Virus record (IMG/VR): IMGVR_UViG_3300025121_000035
Span: 1 to 64,000 of that record
Strand: one strand, 5' to 3'
Length of the DNA stretch: 64,000 nucleotides
Origin: a virus
The notes beneath the pieces are model-generated. The model did no database searches and was not told the DNA's origin. It saw nothing but the letters and a program-made list of their open reading frames with translations. This document shows positions 1 through 9,244 of this stretch, in pieces (positions within the stretch are counted from its first letter, which is position 1; each line of letters starts with the position of its first letter). The translations under genes were made by a program, and so were the position numbers.

Positions 1-102
1 GGACTGATTTCGCAGTATAAACAAAAAGACGGTGAGGCGTTGACAATAGTCAAGTCTATGAAACGTTGAAACACATTAATATTTATTTGATGTGTAGTTC
101 AT
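1..102 (+). mobile_element. Right end and omega-RNA-like 3' portion of an IS200/IS605-family element (truncated by window start)
   Basis: About 89% identical (11 mismatches in 102 nt by my count) to 60523-60624; ends in hairpin + GTAGTTCAT, as does the right end of the tnpB element at 52167. Confidence 0.8.
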
Positions 103-478
103 TAATTTGTTGATAATAACCATTTAAATATTTTATTATTTCTTCGTCTGTACTCCTCATGTAATATCCATATTTATCTGGTTCTCCTCTTGGTAAATGT
201 TCATAAGTTTGCAAATAACCATAAATTCCTACATTTTTACCATCAATCACAATCATTCGTAATATTAAAGTCTCATTATTACAAGAACAAGAAATTACTG
301 TTAAATTTTTAAGATGATTATAAAATTGTTCACTATTTTCTATAAATTCAGTTTGTTCATAATCAAAAGGGTAAATCCAAGATCCTTGTACATTATAATG
401 TCCATTAACTTTAATTGTAGAAGTAGATGGTATAACTGATTTAAAATGTTCATCTAAATATTCTTTAACTTTTATCAT
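83..478 (-). CDS. Hypothetical protein; last codons and stop are supplied by the IS right end
   Basis: ORF track; C-terminal NELHIK* lies inside the 1-102 element. Confidence 0.6.
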   Translation of the reverse strand: MIKVKEYLDEHFKSVIPSTSTIKVNGHYNVQGSWIYPFDYEQTEFIENSEQFYNHLKNLTVISCSCNNETLILRMIVIDGKNVGIYGYLQTYEHLPRGEPDKYGYYMRSTDEEIIKYLNGYYQQINELHIK

Positions 479-695
479 TATTCATTATTTTTTCTATTTT
501 CTTTTTTCTTCTATTTGCTAATGGTTCAAAATATTCAACACGTGATAATGATTTATCTGTAAATGTAACCCACATTATTTCAACTTCCTTAAATATCTTA
601 TCAACAATAAAAATATCATCTTTTATATGAGTAAATTTTTTCATTGTTTCTTCTGTCATAACTACTTTATCACCTATTCCATATTTATTTTTCAT
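465..695 (-). CDS. Small hypothetical protein with C-terminal RxxKI motif
   Basis: ORF coupled to its neighbours; ends RRKKKIEKIMN. Confidence 0.65.
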   Translation of the reverse strand: MKNKYGIGDKVVMTEETMKKFTHIKDDIFIVDKIFKEVEIMWVTFTDKSLSRVEYFEPLANRRKKKIEKIMNNDKS

Positions 696-1479
696 AATTG
701 TACCACAATGTTTCTATTTTTGTTTTTCTTCTATTCATACCATCCCTTGTTTTAATTTCATAGTCATATTTATTCCAACCATTTTCAACTAAAACATTAT
801 ATAAATCATTATCATAACCACTTATTAAAATTTTAGATTTACATTTAATAACAGTATTTAATAATTCTATATGTTGTTCATCTGTCATATCGTGAGGGTA
901 TCTTGCACTTGTCCTTGTACTATGCACATAGGGGGGATCTAAATACATAAATACATCATCATTATCATATTTATTAATAATATGCATAGCGTCTCTATTT
1001 GTTATTACAACATTAGATAATCTAATATGATATTCTTCTAATCCATCAATTATAGATAAATAATCTGAAGTAGCTTTACTTAAATTTCTTCTTACTAATG
1101 TACTAACAGAAAATCCACCTGTTGAATTAACACTTGAACGATTTACATAAAAATAATAATATGCTCTATCTTCCATCGATAATTCTTCTTTCAATTTTGC
1201 TTTATACTCTTTATTTAATTTTTCAATATATGGTGTCATATCTAGTTTAAATTTTAATCTTTTAAACATTTCTTCATCAGATAATACTTTAAATAATGAA
1301 TATACATTATCATAAATATCATTATAAATTTCAATTGGTGCTTGTTGAAGAAATAATACAGTTGCTGAACCACCATAAGGTTCAAGATATACTTTATATC
1401 CTTTTGGTAAAAATGATTTAATTACTGTTGATAATTTACCTCCTTTACCACCAAAGTATCCAACTATTTTTGTCTTCAT
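685..1479 (-). CDS. dam: Dam-like (D12 class) DNA adenine methyltransferase
   Basis: YFGGKG, EPYGGS, YNDI and catalytic LDPPY motifs. Confidence 0.9.
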   Translation of the reverse strand: MKTKIVGYFGGKGGKLSTVIKSFLPKGYKVYLEPYGGSATVLFLQQAPIEIYNDIYDNVYSLFKVLSDEEMFKRLKFKLDMTPYIEKLNKEYKAKLKEELSMEDRAYYYFYVNRSSVNSTGGFSVSTLVRRNLSKATSDYLSIIDGLEEYHIRLSNVVITNRDAMHIINKYDNDDVFMYLDPPYVHSTRTSARYPHDMTDEQHIELLNTVIKCKSKILISGYDNDLYNVLVENGWNKYDYEIKTRDGMNRRKTKIETLWYNYEK

Positions 1480-1533
1480 TTAATCTTCTTTTTTAAACAT
1501 ATATTTATTTTTTTAATATATGTTTTATAAATT

Positions 1534-1803
1534 ATGAAAATAAATAAAGAAAATATAATATTATGGGATATCGAAACAACTAAATTAAACTATATTGCTT
1601 TTCAATTAGCAATTAATAATACAAAAAAAATAAATGAAGAATTCGCCAAATTAAATAGAAATGTAAGATATAGTTATACAACCTTATCGTGTTTTGTTAA
1701 ATCTTTATCAAAAAATAAAGATTATCAAGAATATATTAAAGAAGCTAAAATAATTCTCAGAAGAGATAAAATAAAAAAAATAACAAAATGTATAAAGAAA
1801 TAA
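1534..1803 (+). CDS. Hypothetical protein (C-terminal RRDKIKKI)
   Basis: ORF track. Confidence 0.6.
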   Translation: MKINKENIILWDIETTKLNYIAFQLAINNTKKINEEFAKLNRNVRYSYTTLSCFVKSLSKNKDYQEYIKEAKIILRRDKIKKITKCIKK

Positions 1804-2486
1804 AAGAAATAATTAAAATGGTTAAAATAATAAATGATTTTGAAGAATTAAAAATTATGTATATAGATTATGTCATAGATGCCATAGATGAAAAAAATTA
1901 TTATGATGTAGATGTAACTAATAATAACGATTATTATAAATCAGTTACTCTTAAACCATTTATCCAAAATTTTCAAAAAAATGATATTAAAACTGATAAT
2001 GTTCTTGATTTATATGATATAATTTTAGATAAATATTATTCATTATCTTTAAAAAACGAAACATCAAAAGTAAATTTTGAATATGATTTAAATCAAAATA
2101 TTAATCATTCAGGTAATATGAAACTTAAAAATTTAGCCACAAAACTTTGTAATGAAATTGTACAAAAAAGTAGATACCCTACTAATTTAGTTATTATTCC
2201 TAGTAAAGAATACGAATTTTTATTTCCACAACTAAATATAAAAAAAGTAATAAATAAATCTAATAAATATAAAGATAAAATATTCATAATAGCGATTAAT
2301 CAAGACAATAATAGTCCTGGATTAACATTATTATATGATGATAGTATACAAACAAAAAGATATTATAAAATAAAGCAATTAATGAATAAAGTAAATAATA
2401 AACAAATTGAAGAAATAAAAATAAATTATATTTTAACTGAAATTGGTACTAATAATGAAAAATTCATTAGGTGTATTAATTTTTAA
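1788..2486 (+). CDS. Hypothetical protein
   Basis: ORF track; RYYKIKQL motif near C-terminus. Confidence 0.65.
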   Translation: MYKEIKEIIKMVKIINDFEELKIMYIDYVIDAIDEKNYYDVDVTNNNDYYKSVTLKPFIQNFQKNDIKTDNVLDLYDIILDKYYSLSLKNETSKVNFEYDLNQNINHSGNMKLKNLATKLCNEIVQKSRYPTNLVIIPSKEYEFLFPQLNIKKVINKSNKYKDKIFIIAINQDNNSPGLTLLYDDSIQTKRYYKIKQLMNKVNNKQIEEIKINYILTEIGTNNEKFIRCINF

Positions 2487-2593
2487 TTATTAAATTAAAA
2501 ATTTAACATTTTTTTGATATATTATACAAATATTTTTTGTATATTTAATTATGAATATTTTTATATATGAAATTTAAAATATAATTATAAAAT

Positions 2594-3013
2594 ATGCTTA
2601 TAAAATATGCTTTAAATATTATACATTGTACTGATGATGGATATAATAATTTAATAGATAATTTGAATTATTATATGTTGAAATCTAAAAAACCAAGTCA
2701 AATATTATATTATGTTGTCTTAAAACACAATCTAATAGTTATATATGCATCTAATGATGATTTTTGGAGTAAAGATAAAATACAATCAATTGTTAATTTT
2801 GTTTTTAAAGACAATTCATCTTTTATAATATTTAATTATACTGGACATACTGGTCTTTTTAGTCCTAGAAAAATAAAAGAATTAAATCGGGCTAAATATT
2901 TTTTTAGAGATACCTATAAATATAGAAAAATTGTTCGAAATGAAATGAAATCAGATAACCGTAGAAGAAAATTAGATAAAATAGTATCAAATATTAATAT
3001 TAATGCAAAATAA
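2594..3013 (+). CDS. Hypothetical protein (C-terminal RRRKLDKI)
   Basis: ORF track. Confidence 0.65.
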   Translation: MLIKYALNIIHCTDDGYNNLIDNLNYYMLKSKKPSQILYYVVLKHNLIVIYASNDDFWSKDKIQSIVNFVFKDNSSFIIFNYTGHTGLFSPRKIKELNRAKYFFRDTYKYRKIVRNEMKSDNRRRKLDKIVSNININAK

Positions 3014-3623
3014 AATAGAAGAATTAGACTTAGTAAATGGGATGGAATTATTCATATTACCATTACCAATACAAGATGAAGAAAAGAAAATATATTATTT
3101 ACATGTAGAACAGATGTGGATAAAAAATATAAACAAAATATTAATGAAAGGTTTAACTGAATTTGATCATATATGTCATTCTGGACTTATGAAAAAATAT
3201 TTTGATAATAAAGTAGGTAATGAAAATTTTCAACCTATACGTAGATATTTTAGTTATGTTTTATACAAAAATAAATTACATATAATTACATATGGAAAAA
3301 CAATTCGTGATATAATAGATAATGCAGGTGAATTATTTGATGATTTTTATTATTTTAAAAAATTAATAGTAAATATTAAATATGTATACGGATTTAAAAA
3401 TTATGATGAAACATATATTAGTAATAAATATTATAATATAAGCGATAATATTATTGAATTATTTAATAGAATTAAAAAAGATAAAACAATTCTTAATATT
3501 ATTGATGAAAATTCATTTGGTAAACACCAAGAAGAAGTATTCAAATTATATAATATTTTAGGAATAGATTTAAAATCTTATCTTAGAGGATTTAAAATTA
3601 GAAAATTAATGATTAATATTTAA
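3003..3623 (+). CDS. Hypothetical protein (C-terminal RGFKIRKL)
   Basis: ORF track. Confidence 0.65.
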   Translation: MQNKIEELDLVNGMELFILPLPIQDEEKKIYYLHVEQMWIKNINKILMKGLTEFDHICHSGLMKKYFDNKVGNENFQPIRRYFSYVLYKNKLHIITYGKTIRDIIDNAGELFDDFYYFKKLIVNIKYVYGFKNYDETYISNKYYNISDNIIELFNRIKKDKTILNIIDENSFGKHQEEVFKLYNILGIDLKSYLRGFKIRKLMINI

Positions 3624-3796
3624 AAAATGAAAAAAATAAAAGTGTTTCATTGTTATGAAAAAGATTTACAAAATCAAATTGATGAATGGTATTCAACAGG
3701 TGAAGTTTATAATATTATTGATACTAATTTAAAAATAACACCTAGTTCATATTGTGTAGTATTAATTACATATATATCTAATTTTGATAAATAATA

Positions 3797-3828
3797 TTTG
3801 TTTGTTTCAAAATTTTTATTTAACTTTG
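3797..3828 (+). promoter_or_regulatory. Bacteroidota housekeeping-sigma promoter (-33 TTTG / -7 TAACTTTG)
   Basis: TTTG-N20-TAACTTTG just upstream of ORF 3852; matches the Bacteroides consensus TTTG-N19-21-TAnnTTTG. Confidence 0.6.
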
Positions 3829-3851
3829 TTCATTAAATTAAAACTAAAAAT

Positions 3852-4070
3852 ATGAATAATTGTGATTACATTACAGGTATATGTATAATTATATCAATAT
3901 TTTCAATGTTTATTGCTGGTGCATATTATACTGCATATAGAATGGTTAAAAAAGCTTCACTTTTTTTAATAAAAGAATTAGAAAAAGATTTAGAAGATGG
4001 TGTTATTGATAAAACAGAAATAAGCCGAATTAATATGAAACTGATTAATCTTCTTAAAAAATTAAAATAA
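3852..4070 (+). CDS. Small membrane-anchored hypothetical protein
   Basis: N-terminal hydrophobic helix. Confidence 0.6.
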   Translation: MNNCDYITGICIIISIFSMFIAGAYYTAYRMVKKASLFLIKELEKDLEDGVIDKTEISRINMKLINLLKKLK

Positions 4071-4089
4071 CGAAAAAATTAAAATAGAT

Positions 4090-4491
4090 ATGTTTGAAAA
4101 ACTAGATGAATGGGATAAAATATTTGATGTATCAATAGATGATGGAAAATCTATAAAGAAACAAAATAAAACAAATAAAATGGACGAATTAATTACTGAA
4201 ATTAAAAAAGAAACTGGTTGGAAAAACTTAACATATCTTCCAACCTGTGATTTGATAATAGAAGAATATGCTAATTCTTTTAAAGAATACGTTCAAAATT
4301 TAATCAAAAATGGTGAACCTGATTACCAGAAAGTTATCGTTGATAATATAGCATCATATTATAAATATGGTTGTGAAGATTTTATAATAAAATCTTATAG
4401 TGGTATAGAAAAAGGTTCAAGATTAAACTATATTTGTGAAATTGTTTTATATAAAGATCAACCTATATTAGTATACGGATATGTTGACTAA
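4090..4491 (+). CDS. Hypothetical protein
   Basis: ORF track. Confidence 0.6.
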   Translation: MFEKLDEWDKIFDVSIDDGKSIKKQNKTNKMDELITEIKKETGWKNLTYLPTCDLIIEEYANSFKEYVQNLIKNGEPDYQKVIVDNIASYYKYGCEDFIIKSYSGIEKGSRLNYICEIVLYKDQPILVYGYVD

Positions 4492-4645
4492 AATACATAA
4501 TTGTGATTATTGTAAAAATTCAATACCTGATGATAAATATGGTAGATTATGTCCGTATCTTTGTGATGGATATAGTTCATTTAATCCGAAAAGTAAAGGA
4601 AATGAAAGATTTTTAAAAATAAAACAACTTAATTCGAAACACTAA
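4481..4645 (+). CDS. 54-aa Cys-rich protein (CxxC...CxxxC) ending RFLKIKQL; not in ORF track
   Basis: Translated by hand: MLTKIHNCDYCKNSIPDDKYGRLCPYLCDG...ERFLKIKQLNSKH. Confidence 0.55.
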   Translation: MLTKIHNCDYCKNSIPDDKYGRLCPYLCDGYSSFNPKSKGNERFLKIKQLNSKH

Positions 4646-4717
4646 AATTTAACATAAGCTTTTTGTTTACCACCTGACTTCATGGACAATTTTAAATATC
4701 AAATAATCTAAAAATAA

Positions 4718-5188
4718 TTAAAATTCTAATATATTTTGTAAATATTGTGGACTATCAAATGATGGGTTAAAATCTGGGTTTTCAACTGTTTCTTCAGTAA
4801 TATTATTAAAATAACCTCTTATATAATGATTTGATAATAAATATACTGGATCTCCTTCATTATTGATATAAGATGGAATAATAGATAATATATATTCCGA
4901 ATCAATTTTTAATTTTTTTGATAATTCTGTATATTTTTTATATAGTTTTTTAGATATACATATAACAATTGTAATATCACCATAATAATCTCTATGTTTC
5001 ATCCAATAATTTATATGAACATTATCATTTATCATTTCATCAGTTGTTTTATGTAATGAATTAGTATATTCAAATCCTTCCTTAATAATTTCATTAGCAA
5101 TATCTTCATCAATAGTTCTATGTGTTAATACATGTAAACTATCATCTGCAACTAAAAGAAAATCCATTATTTTTTTACTTACATACAT
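4718..5188 (-). CDS. Hypothetical protein
   Basis: ORF track. Confidence 0.65.
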   Translation of the reverse strand: MYVSKKIMDFLLVADDSLHVLTHRTIDEDIANEIIKEGFEYTNSLHKTTDEMINDNVHINYWMKHRDYYGDITIVICISKKLYKKYTELSKKLKIDSEYILSIIPSYINNEGDPVYLLSNHYIRGYFNNITEETVENPDFNPSFDSPQYLQNILEF

Positions 5189-5303
5189 TTGAATTGTTGT
5201 TTTTTATTAATATATATATCAATATTTAAATATTTTTATTATCTTTGTATACAAATATAATAATAATTTTATTTTTAACAAATTTTTTTATTAAATAAAT
5301 AAA

Positions 5304-6329
5304 ATGGGTGGAAAGGCACTAAATATAGAAACAGAAAGAAAAACGACAGAACAATATAATAAAATTGCATCTATAATTATTCCTATTCTTGAAAAAGAAT
5401 TGAAAACAGATGTAACTATTACTAAATGTCATCGTGCAAAAGAAACTCATGGTGATATGGATATTCTTGTTCGTGTTAATTCTAAAGTAGAATCATTGGA
5501 TATGGTTGAATTTATTACAAAAACATTCAACCCTCGTGATATTTATCATTCAGTCGCAGCAAAAACAACTGATAAATATGATAAAAAAGATTTGGTTACA
5601 TTATCATTTGATTATGATAATTTTCAAATTGATCTTATTTTTATTAAAGAAGAAAATTGGGAATTTGCTTATGAGTGGTTTTCTAATGATCCTTTTTCAA
5701 ATACTACAGGTAAAATTGCGCATTTATTTGGTTTGAAATTTTCCTGGGAAGGTTTGAAACTACCATTTAGAAAATATAGTGGTGAACTATCAAAAAATAT
5801 TATTATCACAAAAAATCATAGAAAAGCTGTTGAATTTCTTGGTTATAATTATGATAAATATGAACAAGGGTTTGATAATGTTCAAGAAATTTATGATTAT
5901 GTAATTAGTTCTAAATATTTTGACAGTGAATGTTTTAAAATGGAAAATTTGAATCATATTGATAGAAAAAGAAATGTTAAAAGAACAACATATCAAGAAT
6001 TCCTTAAATATATTGATGATAATAAAATTTACAGAAAATATATATTTAAAGGGGATAATATCAAATTTATCGATAAATATTTTCCAGAAGCAAATTTAAT
6101 TGAAAAATTAAATAAATACGAAGAAGAATATCTTAATGAAAAACTTATATATGAAAAATTTAATGGTATATTAGTTATGGCAGAATTTCCTGAATTTAAG
6201 AAAGGAAAAGAATTAGGTGATGTAATAAATAAATTTAAAGAATCTTTCGAGGATTTTACAAAATATGCAATTACTAATTCATCTAAACAAATAATGAATG
6301 ATTTTACAAATTTTATAAATGAATTATGA
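5304..6329 (+). CDS. Pol-beta-superfamily nucleotidyltransferase-like phage protein
   Basis: MGGKAL start, HGDMDILV (GDxD) and QIDLI motifs. Confidence 0.6.
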   Translation: MGGKALNIETERKTTEQYNKIASIIIPILEKELKTDVTITKCHRAKETHGDMDILVRVNSKVESLDMVEFITKTFNPRDIYHSVAAKTTDKYDKKDLVTLSFDYDNFQIDLIFIKEENWEFAYEWFSNDPFSNTTGKIAHLFGLKFSWEGLKLPFRKYSGELSKNIIITKNHRKAVEFLGYNYDKYEQGFDNVQEIYDYVISSKYFDSECFKMENLNHIDRKRNVKRTTYQEFLKYIDDNKIYRKYIFKGDNIKFIDKYFPEANLIEKLNKYEEEYLNEKLIYEKFNGILVMAEFPEFKKGKELGDVINKFKESFEDFTKYAITNSSKQIMNDFTNFINEL

Positions 6330-6544
6330 AACAAAAATTTTTAGTAATAACCGGAAATGAATTTGGTCTTGAATCATTAGCATATGCTAAAGTTTATGAT
6401 TATGTAAATGAAGCAATTGCTGAGTTTGATAAATTAAGAAACGAAGAAATTTATGAATATGTTGGTGTATTTTCATTAGATTTAATAGAAAATAATATTA
6501 CAGAAATTAGAACATCATATCTTGATGATGATTATATGAATTAA
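6326..6544 (+). CDS. Hypothetical acidic protein
   Basis: ATGA overlap with the previous gene. Confidence 0.55.
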   Translation: MKQKFLVITGNEFGLESLAYAKVYDYVNEAIAEFDKLRNEEIYEYVGVFSLDLIENNITEIRTSYLDDDYMN

Positions 6545-6555
6545 AAAAAGATGAT

Positions 6556-6804
6556 TTAATCATCTTTTTTTGTTTTATTTAATAATTTATTAATTTTTTT
6601 TCTTCTATTTAAAATATTCCAATCTTTTTCATCAATAATACTACCTTTAATGTAATAAACTTTTTCACCATTATTATAAACAATAGCAGGACCAACTGGA
6701 TTATCTAAAATGCCAGATATTCTATATTCTATTCTATCTTTAAATCTTACTTTTTGTTTTAAGTTGTGAATATTATCACATAACCATTCATGCTCATTTG
6801 ACAT
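6556..6804 (-). CDS. Small phage protein with GPAIxY motif and C-terminal RRKKINKL
   Basis: ORF track. Confidence 0.6.
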   Translation of the reverse strand: MSNEHEWLCDNIHNLKQKVRFKDRIEYRISGILDNPVGPAIVYNNGEKVYYIKGSIIDEKDWNILNRRKKINKLLNKTKKDD

Positions 6805-6964
6805 CTTTTCCCTCTATATATTCCTTCAACAATTTTTCTATTAACTGACTTTTCTTTTCACCTGTTTCTTTTAAAAAATCATCTACACGATTATTTAACA
6901 ATTTATTAATATAGATTGATGTTCGTGATTTCTTATCTGATTCTTCTAATTTTTTTCTTGCCAT
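6794..6964 (-). CDS. Ribbon-helix-helix-like small DNA-binding protein (56 aa); not in ORF track
   Basis: MARKKLEESDKKSRTSIYINKLLNNRVDDFLKETGEKKSQLIEKLLKEY: strand-helix-helix pattern. Confidence 0.6.
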   Translation of the reverse strand: MARKKLEESDKKSRTSIYINKLLNNRVDDFLKETGEKKSQLIEKLLKEYIEGKDVK

Positions 6965-7071
6965 AATTAATTATATCATATAACAATTTAAAAGTTTTAA
7001 ATAAAATTATTCAAAAATGAACATTTTTTGGCTTTTAATATTTTATATATAGTAATAAACAATATATAATT

Positions 7072-7230
7072 ATGGATAATAAAGAAAGAAAAAACATTTC
7101 AATCAGCTTAAATAAAGATGTATTGAAAAAAATTAATGAATTGACTACTCACAAAGCAAGATTGATAGAGTGGTTACTTGTTGAACACTTAAATAAATTC
7201 AATATAAAAACTGATGATATTATATTATGA
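7072..7230 (+). CDS. Ribbon-helix-helix-like small protein (52 aa); not in ORF track
   Basis: MDNKERKNISISLNKDVLKKINELTTHKARLIEWLL; ATGA overlap with 7227. Confidence 0.6.
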   Translation: MDNKERKNISISLNKDVLKKINELTTHKARLIEWLLVEHLNKFNIKTDDIIL

Positions 7231-8087
7231 TTATAACAAAAGAAGTTAGAGTTAGAATATCATATAAATGTCTTGACCATTATATTAACAAAGGATATGA
7301 TGCAAAGACTAATCATTATTTAACAGTAAATGTTAAAGATTTAACTAAAAATAGCCACTCTAAAATTGAAATATTGTGTGATATATGTAAACAACAAATA
7401 ATTAGAACATACCAGTCATATAATAAATATTTATCTGACAATATTTATACGTGTAATAAATGTAATTCAGATAAAAGAAAAAAGACTTGTTTAAAAAAAT
7501 ATGGTGTTGAAATTATTAGCCAATCTGAAGAATCAAAAAATAAAGCAAAAATAACAAACTTGGTTAAATACGGTGTTGATAATCCATCTAAATCAAAAAA
7601 AATCAAAGAAAAAATTAAAGATACGTTTATAGAAAAATATGGTGTTGATAATATATTTCGTTTAAAAGAAATCAAAGATAAAATTAAAGATACATTTATA
7701 GAAAAATATGGTGTTAATAATATTGGTCAATTAGATAGTATAAAGAAAAAAATTAAAAAAACAAAAATAGACAATAAAAACCAAACACCAGATGATAAAT
7801 TAACAGATTTTTTAATTTATAAGAGAAAAATTAAAAATAATTTACGATTAGTAAAATGTGAATTATTTAATAATTGGAATGGATATGATTATTATGATAA
7901 TGAGTATATTAAAGAAAATTTACATTTACCATTTTATGATAAAAATTATCCAACTATAGATCATAAGATTTCTATTTATTATGGATTTAATAATAGGATA
8001 CCATTAAAAATAATATCTAATATAGATAATTTATGTATAACAAAAAGAATAATAAATTCAAGTAAAAATAAATCTAATAATTTATGA
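7227..8087 (+). CDS. Putative free-standing homing endonuclease (Zn finger, KYGVDN repeats, HNH-like C-terminus)
   Basis: CDIC/CNKC, four KYGV repeats, TIDHKIS...NL...N. Confidence 0.65.
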   Translation: MIITKEVRVRISYKCLDHYINKGYDAKTNHYLTVNVKDLTKNSHSKIEILCDICKQQIIRTYQSYNKYLSDNIYTCNKCNSDKRKKTCLKKYGVEIISQSEESKNKAKITNLVKYGVDNPSKSKKIKEKIKDTFIEKYGVDNIFRLKEIKDKIKDTFIEKYGVNNIGQLDSIKKKIKKTKIDNKNQTPDDKLTDFLIYKRKIKNNLRLVKCELFNNWNGYDYYDNEYIKENLHLPFYDKNYPTIDHKISIYYGFNNRIPLKIISNIDNLCITKRIINSSKNKSNNL

Positions 8088-8925
8088 CAATTACTTCTTT
8101 CGTGTTTTTATTTCCTTTTTTAGAAACTTTATTATAATTAGAATCTAATTCTTTATACTTAAATCCTTTTTCTATTAATTTATATGGCAACCAAGCAATA
8201 TTATCATTGTGTTCTAATACACTAGATAACATAAACGATGAACCGTTTTTATCTAATTCTAAACAATATTTATATAATTTAATATCATCATACATATTCC
8301 ATATGTGGGAATATCCTGCTTCAGATATTTTTTTATTACTTATTGATCCATCTTCATTTTTTACAGCAGAATACGGCGGGTCAATATAAACCATAGAAGG
8401 TTTTGATATTTTAACATCATAAAAATTTTTGCTACTAAAAAATATTTTATTTTTATGTGGTATAATATGATTAATAAAATTATTAACTTTTTTTTCAGTT
8501 GATAAATTCCATGATCTTTTCCCCCAAGTTTGATTCATCTCACCCTTTTTATTAAATCTAAGCATATTACTCATACACGATAACATTAATGCATATAATC
8601 TTTCTGGTGTTTTATTTTCATTATATAAACTTCTTAATTCGTTATATTTTGTTTGATCTATTTTACAGGGAATAGATAATTCTTTAACTTCTTCAATAAA
8701 ATCGTTTGGATCATTTATTATACTTTTATGTATATTAATTATATCTTCAACTATATCATTTGCTAATATTTTATTATATAAATGAACTACATTAGAACTT
8801 ACAACAAATGATCCTGTAAATAAATCTATAAAGTACTTTTTAGATGTATCTAATTCTGGTATAATTTGATCTAATAATTTAAATTTTGAACCTGTATAGT
8901 TCATCACGCCATCAATATAATTCAT
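8074..8925 (-). CDS. Second Dam-like DNA adenine methyltransferase
   Basis: NYTGSK, DLFTGS, NDI and IDPPY motifs. Confidence 0.85.
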   Translation of the reverse strand: MNYIDGVMNYTGSKFKLLDQIIPELDTSKKYFIDLFTGSFVVSSNVVHLYNKILANDIVEDIINIHKSIINDPNDFIEEVKELSIPCKIDQTKYNELRSLYNENKTPERLYALMLSCMSNMLRFNKKGEMNQTWGKRSWNLSTEKKVNNFINHIIPHKNKIFFSSKNFYDVKISKPSMVYIDPPYSAVKNEDGSISNKKISEAGYSHIWNMYDDIKLYKYCLELDKNGSSFMLSSVLEHNDNIAWLPYKLIEKGFKYKELDSNYNKVSKKGNKNTKEVIVINY

Positions 8926-8927
8926 AT

Positions 8928-9140
8928 TTAAAATTTCAAATTATTTATAAAAGGTGTTAAAAAATCCTTTATCCATTGGCTTATTAAATTACCAATAAAT
9001 GATGGAAAAAATATAGCAACTGATACTAAACATAGTATTATTAATATTTTCCAATTTCTTTTAAACCAATTTAAAAAACTATAAAGTTTTTCTTTATTAT
9101 GAATTTGACTTTTTTTTTCGGTTAATCTAATATCATCCAT
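8928..9140 (-). CDS. Small membrane protein
   Basis: One hydrophobic segment. Confidence 0.55.
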   Translation of the reverse strand: MDDIRLTEKKSQIHNKEKLYSFLNWFKRNWKILIILCLVSVAIFFPSFIGNLISQWIKDFLTPFINNLKF

Positions 9141-9244
9141 TTAGGTATTATTATTTTTAATTTATATATATGTAAAATGTTTATTTGTTTTTGTGATTTG
9201 TAAAAAATATATATAACTAATAAAGAAATAAACTATTCTATAAT

